Counted from the stretch's first letter, positions 19,250 to 29,839 are shown. The stretch: 64,000 bases of DNA from an archaeon (GCA_043821945.1 JBDRCH010000005.1:14799-78798), one strand, 5' to 3'. Translations and numbers: made by a program. The notes: generated by a model not told the origin, from the letters alone.

Positions 19250-19256
19250 ATATAAA

Positions 19257-19349
19257 CGGCCCCAGAGGGATTTGAACCCACGACACCCAGATATCTCCTG
19301 AAAAATTTACTAAGAGTCTGGTGCTCTAGCCAGACTGAGCTATGGAGCC
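19257..19349 (-). tRNA. tRNA-Lys(CTT) with 18-nt intron at 37/38
   Basis: GGCTCCA/TGGGGCC acceptor, CCAGA-CT CTT A[intron]A-TCTGG, TTCAAAT T-loop. Confidence 0.93.
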
Positions 19350-19442
19350 ATGAATCATAAAGAAATACTTAATTTAAAAAACTTCTCAAATAAACCACAT
19401 AATTACATTTACAACAAATCTTCTTTCAAGGGGCATGATTAC

Positions 19443-19721
19443 TTACTTAACTAATTTCTGAATATTCTCTATAGCACTCGCGACTTCTTTTCCTCTCTTG
19501 GTCAACTTAATCAATTTAATTCGCCCCTTTTTTTCAAATTCAACCAATTTCAAGAACTCCAAAGTCTGCAGAATCTTAACTGCATGGCTATAGGTACAAT
19601 CAACTTCTTTAGCCAAAAGGCTACCATACCTCATCCTAAGATTCTTATTCAAAAAAACCAACATCAAAGCCGGCTTTCTCCTAAAAAAGATATCAAAGTT
19701 ATCTTTCATCTTATGGTCCAT
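19443..19721 (-). CDS. Winged-helix (MarR-like) transcription regulator
   Basis: LAKEVDCTYSHAVKIL...LVEFEKKGRIKLIKLTKRG; start moved to the ATG at 19721. Confidence 0.8.
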   Translation of the reverse strand: MDHKMKDNFDIFFRRKPALMLVFLNKNLRMRYGSLLAKEVDCTYSHAVKILQTLEFLKLVEFEKKGRIKLIKLTKRGKEVASAIENIQKLVK

Positions 19722-19881
19722 TTTATTTATGATTATTGGATAAATTCCAAGAGTTATATGTGTTTTAATGTATATATTGAGAAAACATCTTTCTTTTAAA
19801 TGTTTCGGAGTATACATTTCACTAACAAAAAGTAATAACTTTAATAAAAAAGCTTATTAAATAAAATAATTATAAAATATT

Positions 19882-20487
19882 ATGAAAAAAACAAAAATAC
19901 TTGCAATAGGGGATATTCATGGGGATACTGGCTTAGTTAAAAAACTTGCAGAAAAAGCAAAAGAACAAAATGTTGATTTAATTATTTTAGCAGGAGATTT
20001 AACTTTTGTTGAACAATCAATCAAGAATTTAGTTGGACCTTTTGTCAAAGCAAAAAAACAGGTGTTAATAATTCCTGGAAATCACGAATCAAATGCAACA
20101 ATTGATTTTTTATCACAGATGTATCCCAAAACAAAAAACATCCATGGATATTCTTTCAAAAAAGGGAATCTCGGAATATTTGGTGCAGGAGGAGGGGATG
20201 TAATAAATATAACTCCAGATAAAGAAATATTCAATGCTCTAAAAAAAGGTCATGAAAAAATCAAAGGCTCAAAAAAGAAAATAATGGTAACTCATATGCA
20301 TCCAAGAGGAAGCAAAGCAGAATTCTCTGGATTTCCAGGGTCTATTGCAGTAAAAAAAGCAATAAAAAATTTCAAACCAGATTTTTTAATTAGTGGACAT
20401 ATCCATGAAGCTTCGGGAATAGAAGAAAAAATAGGAAAAACAAAAGTGATTAATGTTTCAAGGAAGGCAAAGATTTTTGAGATTTAA
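19882..20487 (+). CDS. Metallophosphoesterase
   Basis: GDIHG, GD, GNHE, THMHP, GHIHE. Confidence 0.9.
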   Translation: MKKTKILAIGDIHGDTGLVKKLAEKAKEQNVDLIILAGDLTFVEQSIKNLVGPFVKAKKQVLIIPGNHESNATIDFLSQMYPKTKNIHGYSFKKGNLGIFGAGGGDVINITPDKEIFNALKKGHEKIKGSKKKIMVTHMHPRGSKAEFSGFPGSIAVKKAIKNFKPDFLISGHIHEASGIEEKIGKTKVINVSRKAKIFEI

Positions 20488-20527
20488 TTTCAAAAACTTA
20501 TAAAAACCCTCCTTCTTCTTGATAATC

Positions 20528-22828
20528 ATGACAAAAAAACCAAAGAAATTTAGAGAAGAGAAAATAGCAGAAGAATATTTTCCTGTAAGTAAAAATAATT
20601 TGAGGAGAACAATAGAAATTCCTGTAAAAGAATCAAAACAAAATGTGAGACAAACAATTGAGAAAGAATACAAAAAGCCAGATAAAAGATCATTAGAAAA
20701 AGTGGAGAAAAAATTTAAAAGAAAAATAACAAGAAAAACAAAAGCATTAGTAAAAAAATACATCCCTCCTAAAATCAAATTAAAAGATAAGAGTTATGAA
20801 CTTATAATAACTGAAAAACCTCAAGCTGCTTCAAAAATCGCTCAAGCTCTAGGAAACCCAAAAACAAAAATGAATAAGGGTGTTGCATATTATGAACTAA
20901 CAAAAGAGGGTAAAAAGATAATTGTCGCTTGCGCAGTAGGACACTTATTCACTCTAAAACAAGAAGCACCAGGTTCACATGTTCCAATATTTGAAATAAA
21001 TTGGGCGCCTAATTTTCTAGTCAGAAAAAATGATTTTACAAAAAGATATTATGACACTTTATTGATGCTCGCACAAAATGCAGGTGAAATAACAGTAGCA
21101 ACAGATTTTGATGTAGAAGGAGAAGTTATTGGTAAAAATGTTATAAAATTAATCTGCAATCAACCAGACGCTCAAAGAATGAAATTCTCCACATTAACAA
21201 AAAAAGAATTAAACGAGGCTTATGAAGATAAATCTTCGCATCTTGAATGGGGTCAAGAAATAGCAGGGGAGACTAGACATTACTTAGATTGGTATTATGG
21301 GATAAATCTCTCAAGAGCACTAATGAATGCAATCAAAACAACCGGCAAATTCAAAATAATGTCAATTGGAAGAGTTCAAGGACCTGCACTTAATTTAATT
21401 GTAAAAAAAGAAAAAGAAATTAAAAACTTTGAATCAGAAACTTATTGGGAAATTTTTATTAAAACAAAAGAACCAGAAATTGAATTAAAATATGTCAAAG
21501 AAATATTTGAAAAAGAAGAATTAAAAAAATTTGAAGGATTGATAGGAAAAAATATTGAATTAAGTACAAACAAAACAAAACAAAAACTTCCTCCGCAATC
21601 CCCATTTAATTTGACAAACTTGCAAACAGAAGCTTACAAATTCTATGGAATAACTCCTTCAAACACTCTTAAATCAGCTCAATCATTATATTTAGCAGGA
21701 TTAATATCTTATCCAAGAACATCTTCTCAAAAACTACCTAATTCTATTGATTATAAATCAATTCTAGACAAATTAAAAATAAGATACAAAGTTTCAAAAT
21801 TAATAACAAAAGATAAACCTATTGAAGGTAAAAAAACAGATCCTGCTCATCCATCAATTTATCCAACAGGTGAACAACAAATACTCTCTGGTTATGATGA
21901 AAAAATATATGACTTAATTGTAAAAAGATTTTTAGCACTATTTTGTGATGATGCAGAAATAAATAGGAAAAAAATAACTGGAATAGTAAATGATTTAAAA
22001 TTCACAGTCTCTGGTTTGGAAATATCAAAACCCTCTTGGTTGGAATTCTATCCTTCTAAATTAAAACAAGAAAAACTTCCAGATGCAAATGGAATAACCC
22101 AAATCACAGACCAAAAAACAGAAGAAAAACAAACCCAACCCCCAAAAAGATACTCTCAAGCATCAATTCTTTCACTCTTGGAAAAAAAGAATCTTGGAAC
22201 AAAAGCAACAAGATCAAGTATATTAGAAACACTCTACGACAGAGGATATATCAAAGAAAAATCAATTCAAGCAACTCCCTTAGGTATATCTCTAATTCAA
22301 ACTCTTGAAAAATATTCCCCGATAATTATTGATGAAAAACTCACAAAAGAACTTCAAGACAAAATGGATGATATTGCAAAAAGTAAAAAAGATTTAGAAA
22401 AAAAGAAAGATAAAGTTATTGATAAAGCTAAAACCTCAATAATTAATATAACAAAAGACTTTGAAAAAAATGAAACAAAAATAGGACAAGAATTAATGGG
22501 CGCTGAAATTAAAAATCGTGAAATTCAAAAAAAAGAGAATACTTTAATTCAATGCCCAAAATGTAAGAAAGGTAATCTTGCAATAACTTATTCAAAAAGA
22601 TTCAGGAGAAATTTTATTGCCTGTGATGCTTATCCTGAATGCACAAATACTTATTCTCTTCCTCCAAAAGGAACAATAAAAAAAACAGACAAGCTTTGTG
22701 AAAAATGTGGTTTTCCAATGATGATGAGTCTTCAAGCAAGAAGAAAACCTTGGTTTTTTTGTTTTAACAAAGATTGCGAAACAAATAAAGAAAGAATTGA
22801 AAAGTATCAGGAGAAGATGGAGGAATAA
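20528..22828 (+). CDS. topA: DNA topoisomerase IA
   Basis: TOPRIM ITEKP/DFDVEGE, GRVQGP, catalytic ISYPRT, C-terminal Zn ribbons. Confidence 0.95.
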   Translation: MTKKPKKFREEKIAEEYFPVSKNNLRRTIEIPVKESKQNVRQTIEKEYKKPDKRSLEKVEKKFKRKITRKTKALVKKYIPPKIKLKDKSYELIITEKPQAASKIAQALGNPKTKMNKGVAYYELTKEGKKIIVACAVGHLFTLKQEAPGSHVPIFEINWAPNFLVRKNDFTKRYYDTLLMLAQNAGEITVATDFDVEGEVIGKNVIKLICNQPDAQRMKFSTLTKKELNEAYEDKSSHLEWGQEIAGETRHYLDWYYGINLSRALMNAIKTTGKFKIMSIGRVQGPALNLIVKKEKEIKNFESETYWEIFIKTKEPEIELKYVKEIFEKEELKKFEGLIGKNIELSTNKTKQKLPPQSPFNLTNLQTEAYKFYGITPSNTLKSAQSLYLAGLISYPRTSSQKLPNSIDYKSILDKLKIRYKVSKLITKDKPIEGKKTDPAHPSIYPTGEQQILSGYDEKIYDLIVKRFLALFCDDAEINRKKITGIVNDLKFTVSGLEISKPSWLEFYPSKLKQEKLPDANGITQITDQKTEEKQTQPPKRYSQASILSLLEKKNLGTKATRSSILETLYDRGYIKEKSIQATPLGISLIQTLEKYSPIIIDEKLTKELQDKMDDIAKSKKDLEKKKDKVIDKAKTSIINITKDFEKNETKIGQELMGAEIKNREIQKKENTLIQCPKCKKGNLAITYSKRFRRNFIACDAYPECTNTYSLPPKGTIKKTDKLCEKCGFPMMMSLQARRKPWFFCFNKDCETNKERIEKYQEKMEE

Positions 22829-22878
22829 GGGAATAAAGGAAAACAAGAAGAATAGTTAAAAAAATATTTTTAATACTT

Positions 22879-24084
22879 TCATATCCACTCTCCCAAATTT
22901 CTCTGGCAACTAATCTGTTTCAATAGCTTACTTTGTTTTATAATTTCATCATAATCAAATTTATATTTTATTTTTCCGATTTTCTTTGCATTATCAACTA
23001 ATTCTTCTTTACTATTAAACTGAATTCTCCGATTATTCAAAACTTTTCTAACTGTTTCTCTAACAACCCAAACCCCTAAAGCAGCCCAATAACCAGGGCT
23101 TTCAATTCTAATAACCAGAACACTTGCTTGTCTTTTCATTTTATTCAAGTGTTCTAAAATTCCCAAGCGAGTTGCATAATACCCTCCTGCAGTTGCAGAA
23201 GCATAGTTTTTCCTCCCATAAAAACTCTCGCTGTCTGTTGATGCTTTCATTTCTCTCGTTGGATTCCAGCTACTTCCTGGACTATACAATTCAAATAACT
23301 CATAATTCCAGACATTTGGAAAAAATAAAATCAAATACTGGTTACCCATAAAATCCCCAAAGTATAATTCATAATTTTCAATCCATTTGTAATCTCTAAT
23401 TTGTTTTAATAAAAACTTTCCAATATTATCATCAGTTGCAGTAATGCTCCATCGCGTTGGAACAAGTCTCTTGTTTTTCTTTAGACCCATAACTCCAACA
23501 CTCAAAATTTTACTTAGAACATATTCATCAAAATTATTCTTGTATAAAAATTCAATTCCTTCATTTGCCTTAATCTCATCATTTATTACTCTATCAACTT
23601 TTCTATGAATCTTCACATTTGAAGTGATTCTTGCTTTTTTCAATAGAGCTTTCAAACCTTGAGAAACCACAATTCGATCTTTTTTTCCTCCAACACTTAT
23701 TTTTTTATTTAATTCAATCTCAACATCAACTGGTTTTGAAGCGACAGCAATCTCCTTGGCAATTTGTAAAAGCTTGTCATTCTTCCTGACATCTTTTGCC
23801 TGCGATTGAAACCGAGAATTCAAAAGACTATTTCTAAGACCAATAACATCATTAATTTCAAAATTATTATTCGCCCAATATTTACAATCATCATAAACCC
23901 ATGCATTTTCTTCTCTTTCAAGAGGAGACAAAATTCCCACATTCATCAAAGGATATTTCAACTGCGACCCAATAAAAACACTCGGAGGTGAAACCCCGTC
24001 AATCCTTGAAACATTTTTCAAATTTTTAAACTTAAAATTTGTTTCAGATATTTTTTTTATTATTTCAAATTTTAAATTAGACAT
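22879..24084 (-). CDS. Nre-family archaeal DNA repair protein
   Basis: SPPSVFIG, RLVPTRWSITATDD, GGYYATRL, LGVWVVRE; PIP box QRNLGEW. Confidence 0.88.
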   Translation of the reverse strand: MSNLKFEIIKKISETNFKFKNLKNVSRIDGVSPPSVFIGSQLKYPLMNVGILSPLEREENAWVYDDCKYWANNNFEINDVIGLRNSLLNSRFQSQAKDVRKNDKLLQIAKEIAVASKPVDVEIELNKKISVGGKKDRIVVSQGLKALLKKARITSNVKIHRKVDRVINDEIKANEGIEFLYKNNFDEYVLSKILSVGVMGLKKNKRLVPTRWSITATDDNIGKFLLKQIRDYKWIENYELYFGDFMGNQYLILFFPNVWNYELFELYSPGSSWNPTREMKASTDSESFYGRKNYASATAGGYYATRLGILEHLNKMKRQASVLVIRIESPGYWAALGVWVVRETVRKVLNNRRIQFNSKEELVDNAKKIGKIKYKFDYDEIIKQSKLLKQISCQRNLGEWI

Positions 24085-24088
24085 TTTT

Positions 24089-24817
24089 TCATATCCACCC
24101 TCGTTTAAACACACCCTTATCTTTAATCACAAAACCCATTTCTTTTTCAGGCAAACTCCTATGCTTTAACAAAACAGCTTTTCTCTTACTCCCTTCTTGC
24201 TTCAATTCAATTATGCACTTACTCCAATATTTAAACAAATCTCCCCCCACAATATTCACCTCTCTTGAAACACCCTTTTTCCAATCTTCTTCTGAAACAA
24301 AACCTTTGTAAACCTGATTAGTAATAATAATTGGAATTTTCTCATTTCTTGCAATTCCTGCTAACATCCTCATTTGTTCTACAATATCTCTATTCACCTT
24401 TCTAATTTCTTCTGAATCTCCAGTCTTAACAGCATCTCCTAATTCAAGGCGGTAAAGCATTGCCATTCCATCAACCACAATCAAACTAACATGTTCTGAC
24501 TTAACTTGTTTTAACAATTTAGAAAAACACTTTTTCTGATCTTCAAAACTAACTGGTTTTAATAATAAGATATTTTCAAGAACATTTTCAAAATCTGCCC
24601 GAACAATTTGCTTTGCTCTCTCAACACTAAACCCTCCTTCTGTATCAATAAAAATAACTTTATTTCCTTTCTTTGCCTGACTACAAGCAACCAAGATACA
24701 AAAATTTGTCTTCCCACACCCAGGAGGCCCAACAATCATACTAATAACATCTTTTTCATAACCCCCATAAAGCCATTTATTAAAATCAAAACTTCCTGTT
24801 GAAATTTTATTCGACAT
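24089..24817 (-). CDS. radB: RadB recombination mediator
   Basis: GPPGCGKT, IDTEGG, ITNQV, basic patch LKHRS. Confidence 0.9.
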   Translation of the reverse strand: MSNKISTGSFDFNKWLYGGYEKDVISMIVGPPGCGKTNFCILVACSQAKKGNKVIFIDTEGGFSVERAKQIVRADFENVLENILLLKPVSFEDQKKCFSKLLKQVKSEHVSLIVVDGMAMLYRLELGDAVKTGDSEEIRKVNRDIVEQMRMLAGIARNEKIPIIITNQVYKGFVSEEDWKKGVSREVNIVGGDLFKYWSKCIIELKQEGSKRKAVLLKHRSLPEKEMGFVIKDKGVFKRGWI

Positions 24818-24867
24818 GATAATAAACAGATAAAAAACTTAATAAGCATTATTGTTTTAGTTTAACC

Positions 24868-26724
24868 ATGAAAAGAGTGACAAGCACATGCATCTATTGT
24901 GGTTGTGGATGTAGATTAACCTATCATATTGACAAAAATAAAATAACCAAAATCACGGGATGCAAAAATGATGATATTAGTGAAGGAAAACCTTGCATAA
25001 AAGGTTTAACAATTAACGAGGTATTTAATAAAAATAGGATTACCAAACCATTAATTAGAAAAAATAACAAATTAATTCCAACAACTTGGGAAAATGCAAT
25101 AGATCAAATTCATAAAAAAATATCCCAAACAAATTCAAAGGACATTTTTCTTAATGGTTCTGGAAAAATCACAAACGAAGACAATTTTCTTCTATACAAA
25201 CTTGGAACACAAGTGTTTAAAACAAATAATATTGACTCTTGCTGTGGGAGATTATGTCACATTTCAACAGTCAAAGGAATCAACGATTGTTTCGGAGCAT
25301 CTAATTTAACAAAAATGTCTTATTTAGAGAACATAGATACATTATTCATAATAGGTTCAAATCCTGCAGTTAGTTATCCTGTTTTCTGGAACAAAGTTCT
25401 AAAGAGAAAAAACAAACTAAAGATAATCTCAATTCAACCAATATTAAATATAACTTCAAAATTTGGTGATGCCTTCTTAGAAATAGAACCAGGAACAGAA
25501 ACAGCTTTGTTAAATGGCATAATTAATTATTTAATCAAAAATAACTCCTTTATAGAAGAAGCAAAGCAAATTCCAAATTTCAAAAAATTAATCAACATTG
25601 TAAAAAAATATTCTCCTTCATACATCTCAGAAATCTGCAGAATCAAAAAAGAGGATTTTCTAAAAATATGCGAATTAATCAAAAAATCAAAAAAAATAGG
25701 AATCTTCCACGGGATGAATTTCACCCAACATTTAAACTCCCTTGAAAATGTTCATTCATTGATGAATCTTGCAATTTTAAAAAATACTTATTTGTTAACC
25801 CTAAGAGGAGAAATCAATGTGCAAGGAGTTGGAGACATTTTTGCACCCCATAAGTTGAACGGCAATATAATAAAATCATTTATTCTAAACCCTTGCAAAG
25901 TTGCATTTATCACAGAATTCAATCCAGCCCAATCTCTTCCTGATTTAGACAAAACTCACAAAAAATTAGAAAAAATATTCATAGTCTACTTTGGGTCTTA
26001 TTTTAACAAAACTTGCGAGTTTGCTGATGTCATTCTTCCAATTCCAGCACTCTTTGAAAGTCACGGAACAATCACAAATGGGGAACAAAGAATAAGATTA
26101 GTAAATTCTCCAATAAAAACAGAAAAAACATTTCTACAAATTTCACAACTTATTGCAAAAAAATTCAACAAACAAAATTTATTCAATTATTCAAACTCAA
26201 AACAAATTTTTCAAGAAATAATTAAATCGGTTCCAGAATATAATGGAATTAATTCAGATGAGATATACAAAGGCAGGGATGGATTTGTTCCAAAGCAGAT
26301 TAGATTCAACAAATTTTTTCCAGAACCCTACAAAGGAAAAGATGACACAAGAATAAAAAAATATCCTTATTTGCTTACAACATTTAGAGACAAAGACCAA
26401 TTTTTAACAGGAGAAATAACCTCCCAATCACAAACACTTTCAAAGCTTGACATAGATAAAATGTGCATTTACATAAATCCTCAAGACGCAAAGGGGTTTA
26501 ATCTCAAGGATAAAGACAAGATAAAGATTATTTCCAAGGTTGGAGAAATAATTGGCTTTGCATTAATCTCAGATCAAACTCCAGCAGGACTTATAGCAAC
26601 AAGATTTCATTACAAAGAAATGCTTGTAAACAAATTATTTCCTCCAAAATTCGATGACATAACATTCACCCCAAATTACAAAGCTGTTGCTGTGAGAATT
26701 GAGAAAATTAAACCATTATTTTAA
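24868..26724 (+). CDS. Molybdopterin oxidoreductase, formate dehydrogenase alpha-like
   Basis: TCIYCGCGC...C 4Fe-4S motif, TNNIDSCCGRLCH, LRGEINVQG, ADVILP, C-terminal INPQDA...TPNYK. Confidence 0.82.
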   Translation: MKRVTSTCIYCGCGCRLTYHIDKNKITKITGCKNDDISEGKPCIKGLTINEVFNKNRITKPLIRKNNKLIPTTWENAIDQIHKKISQTNSKDIFLNGSGKITNEDNFLLYKLGTQVFKTNNIDSCCGRLCHISTVKGINDCFGASNLTKMSYLENIDTLFIIGSNPAVSYPVFWNKVLKRKNKLKIISIQPILNITSKFGDAFLEIEPGTETALLNGIINYLIKNNSFIEEAKQIPNFKKLINIVKKYSPSYISEICRIKKEDFLKICELIKKSKKIGIFHGMNFTQHLNSLENVHSLMNLAILKNTYLLTLRGEINVQGVGDIFAPHKLNGNIIKSFILNPCKVAFITEFNPAQSLPDLDKTHKKLEKIFIVYFGSYFNKTCEFADVILPIPALFESHGTITNGEQRIRLVNSPIKTEKTFLQISQLIAKKFNKQNLFNYSNSKQIFQEIIKSVPEYNGINSDEIYKGRDGFVPKQIRFNKFFPEPYKGKDDTRIKKYPYLLTTFRDKDQFLTGEITSQSQTLSKLDIDKMCIYINPQDAKGFNLKDKDKIKIISKVGEIIGFALISDQTPAGLIATRFHYKEMLVNKLFPPKFDDITFTPNYKAVAVRIEKIKPLF

Positions 26725-26979
26725 TTTACTAAAATCCTTTTCAAAATTATCTAAATCCTTAATAATAGAATTCACAGCATCATTAACTGCTTTCTTAGCT
26801 GTCTTACCACTTGTTTTAACTACAAGAAGAGGCTTTTTTGTTGGATGCTCACGCTTCCATGCTGTAAATGAAACTCCTGAATCCTTGTTTAAATAAACTC
26901 TCAAAATCTCAGCGATTGTGATATTTTCTAATTCAACTTGAATTTCATCCTTTGAACTTTTGATAATCTTTATTTCCAT
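26716..26979 (-). CDS. rpoL: RNA polymerase subunit L (Rpo11)
   Basis: TIAEILRVYL...AWKREHP. Confidence 0.85.
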   Translation of the reverse strand: MEIKIIKSSKDEIQVELENITIAEILRVYLNKDSGVSFTAWKREHPTKKPLLVVKTSGKTAKKAVNDAVNSIIKDLDNFEKDFSKLK

Positions 26980-27050
26980 ACAAGAAAACATCTAATTTGG
27001 TTTATAAAGATTTTGATTATCTTTTTGAAAGATTCAGTTAATTAATTCTA

Positions 27051-27914
27051 TCATCTTCCAAACAAAATCTTATCAATATCTTCTTTAGAAATATCATCAT
27101 TGTATTTATTATTTGTTTTCTTTTGAGAAATTGATTGAGAATCTCCCTTAACAACCCTCTTCCCAATAACTGAGTTGGAGGGAGTATTTTCAACCTTCAC
27201 AAATTCTGGCTTATCTTCCTTGGCCTCTTTATTAAAAACGAATTCTTCCTCAACTCCTTCTTCAAAAATATTTCTCTCTTTTTTCTTCTTCATTTCCTGC
27301 AAATCAGCAATTGTCAATGTCTTGGAATTATCCTCTTTAAACACTTCATCTGGTTTGCCTAAGAATTCATTTTTAACAACTTCTATTGGTCTTGTTTCTC
27401 TTGGAGCAAATTCATCTTTTATCAACTTAACATTCAAATAATTCTCAAGTTTTCTAATCAAACTATATCCTTCAGGAACAATACCTTTTTCAGCCATTTT
27501 TATTGCCATAATAGGTTCACCAATTTTATCAGCAAGTTGCTCATGAGTTATTTTTTTTAATCTTCTAATTCTCATAATAATCCAATGGAAATTATCAACT
27601 AAGTCAATTCTTGGTCTTGTGTCTTTAATCTTTGACTCAAAATTTTTATCAACAAGGCTTCTGAGAGTAGTTTCTTGTTTTTTCAATACAAGATTTTCAG
27701 GAGTTCTTTTAAAAATTCCTGAAGCAGTAGAAAGTCTTTCATAAACAGTTGGTCTTTTTTCAGATTCTCTAAGATTAAAATCATTTGGTTTTTTGACTAT
27801 TGGCAAATCTTCATCAGATGAACAATTCTTGCAAACATTCACAAAACCTTTTGCACAAATAACCTCAAATAACTCACATTCTTTACCACAAATATAGCAT
27901 CCCATAAAATCCAA
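27051..27914 (-). CDS. aMBF1-like Zn-ribbon + HTH protein with acidic tail
   Basis: CYICG...CKNC, LVDNFHWII..RRLKKITHEQLA..EKG. Confidence 0.7.
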   Translation of the reverse strand: MDFMGCYICGKECELFEVICAKGFVNVCKNCSSDEDLPIVKKPNDFNLRESEKRPTVYERLSTASGIFKRTPENLVLKKQETTLRSLVDKNFESKIKDTRPRIDLVDNFHWIIMRIRRLKKITHEQLADKIGEPIMAIKMAEKGIVPEGYSLIRKLENYLNVKLIKDEFAPRETRPIEVVKNEFLGKPDEVFKEDNSKTLTIADLQEMKKKKERNIFEEGVEEEFVFNKEAKEDKPEFVKVENTPSNSVIGKRVVKGDSQSISQKKTNNKYNDDISKEDIDKILFGR

Positions 27915-27957
27915 AGCGAATATGTCTTTTTTAAGATTTATGTGGTGAAAAGATTAA

Positions 27958-28614
27958 TTAATCAAGATACCTTTCTATGTCTTCTTTGCTTTCAACATTA
28001 ATTATTTTAAATTGCTCATCTATAATAATAGTTGGGAGTTCTTTTATTTGATATTTCTCTAAAAGTAAATCTATTGAAGAAAGTTCATTATCTGCTGCTA
28101 TTGGAATTAAAAGAATCTCTCCCCCTTTTTCTTCTTTAATTTGAACTAATAAATTTGAAAAGAATCTTTGTTTTGCTTTTTGTTCAATAGAAGGATCATT
28201 ATATTTATAAAAATAAACAAGGTTATGATAATCAGATTCACATTTTTCCTTTATCCCAATGCTATTCATCCATAACAAAGTCCTCAAAAGATCATATTTT
28301 TTATGCAATGAGATAATATTATCATTAATCCTGCTCGCTTTTTCATACTTGTCTATAATTAAAGCTTTCTCAAAAATTCTATTTGCAAAATCAATATTAC
28401 TCTGGGCTAAAGAATCACAATCCAAATCAACTAAATCAAAAGCATCACCCTGAATTCTTTGATCCAATAGTTCCATTTCAGATTCCAAATACCAATCATT
28501 TATCTTATCTATTCGAGAAGATTCTAATTTATATCCCATAAAAATTCCTATGTTAAAAACTACAAAAGTGATTATCAACGCATATAAAAAAACCCATTTC
28601 TCAGACTTCGCCAT
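27958..28614 (-). CDS. Membrane-anchored hypothetical protein, thioredoxin-like C-terminus
   Basis: N-terminal TM; LVYFY...YQIKELPTIII. Confidence 0.6.
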   Translation of the reverse strand: MAKSEKWVFLYALIITFVVFNIGIFMGYKLESSRIDKINDWYLESEMELLDQRIQGDAFDLVDLDCDSLAQSNIDFANRIFEKALIIDKYEKASRINDNIISLHKKYDLLRTLLWMNSIGIKEKCESDYHNLVYFYKYNDPSIEQKAKQRFFSNLLVQIKEEKGGEILLIPIAADNELSSIDLLLEKYQIKELPTIIIDEQFKIINVESKEDIERYLD

Positions 28615-28615
28615 T

Positions 28616-29839
28616 TTATCTCCAAACTTTCTTTCCCTTAAAAAAATGATAAAGAGCAACCACCATAATAAAGGGATATACTGAAAGATAAAACAAGAAA
28701 TAAAACAAAAGATTAAAAATGTTTTGTTTTCTTAACATATTTGATTTCATCACAGATAAAATTAAAAAAGTAAATATTACTCCTGCAATAAACAAAATTA
28801 CTCCGAGATAATTAAGAAAACTCGGTGTAATAAAGAAATCATTCATAGTTAATAAGGGTATTCCAACATTAATTGAATATCTAGTAAAAAGATAATTTGT
28901 AAGAAATCTCGTTGTAACAAGATAAACAAAAATACCCAATCCTAATAAACCTAAAAAAAGCTGCAAAACAAAAAAAGGGAGGATAAAAAAACCCAGCATG
29001 CCTTTTTTGAAAAAGTATTTTTTATATTTCGCAATGCACTGCAAACCCCCTACATTCCATCTTCTTCTTTGTTTATACCAAGCCTTAATTTTATTAGGAA
29101 TGGTAGTAGTTGATTCTGCCAATAAACACATTCTCCTTTTATAACCCTGATAAGTTAAATGCCAAGTAGCTTCAATATCTTCTGTTAAATTATTAACATC
29201 AAAACCCCCTATCTTCTCCAAAGCAGATTTTCTATAAATCGCCATTGGTCCAGGAGTTACATAAATTGCTTCAACATAACCTAAAAGTTTTCGAGTGAAT
29301 GCAATTACATGATATTCAACAAACTGCAATCTTTCCATAAAAGATTTGTTATTTCTAGGAATAATAAAAGGAGTTGCAACACCAACTTGATCATCATCAA
29401 AAAAACCAACTAATTTTGAAAAAGCATCTTTTTCAGGATAACTATCTGCATCAACAACCGCAACAAGTTCTCCTTTAGATAATTTAATCCCTTGATTCAA
29501 AGAATCTGCTTTTCCTGAATTTTGTTTATTGATTAATTTTAACCTTGGATAGATTTTCAATAATTTCTCTACAATTTCAGCAGTATTATCTGTTGAACCA
29601 TCATTAAGAACAATAACTTCCTTAAGAGGGTAATCTGATTTAAAAATTTCACGGATAGTGTCTCCAATTGTCTCTCTTTCATTCCAAGCAGGAACTAAAA
29701 CAGAAATAGAGTATTTTTTAGTCATAGAGGGTATCTCAAAAAATCTTTTCTTGTTTCTCAAGTATAAAGTCAAAAACAAGGAAAGAAAGTAAATAGAAAT
29801 AAACATATAACCCAGATAAACAACAGGAAGAATGTCCAT
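28616..29839 (-). CDS. Processive GT2 glycosyltransferase (PgaC/IcaA-like)
   Basis: NDGSTD, DAD, TED, QRRRW and flanking TMs. Confidence 0.9.
   Translation of the reverse strand: MDILPVVYLGYMFISIYFLSLFLTLYLRNKKRFFEIPSMTKKYSISVLVPAWNERETIGDTIREIFKSDYPLKEVIVLNDGSTDNTAEIVEKLLKIYPRLKLINKQNSGKADSLNQGIKLSKGELVAVVDADSYPEKDAFSKLVGFFDDDQVGVATPFIIPRNNKSFMERLQFVEYHVIAFTRKLLGYVEAIYVTPGPMAIYRKSALEKIGGFDVNNLTEDIEATWHLTYQGYKRRMCLLAESTTTIPNKIKAWYKQRRRWNVGGLQCIAKYKKYFFKKGMLGFFILPFFVLQLFLGLLGLGIFVYLVTTRFLTNYLFTRYSINVGIPLLTMNDFFITPSFLNYLGVILFIAGVIFTFLILSVMKSNMLRKQNIFNLLFYFLFYLSVYPFIMVVALYHFFKGKKVWR

Noticed and set aside
24868..26724. Selenocysteine or stop-codon recoding in the FDH-like gene
   Set aside because: The active-site residue is a Cys codon, and TGA/TAG behave as ordinary stops across the window
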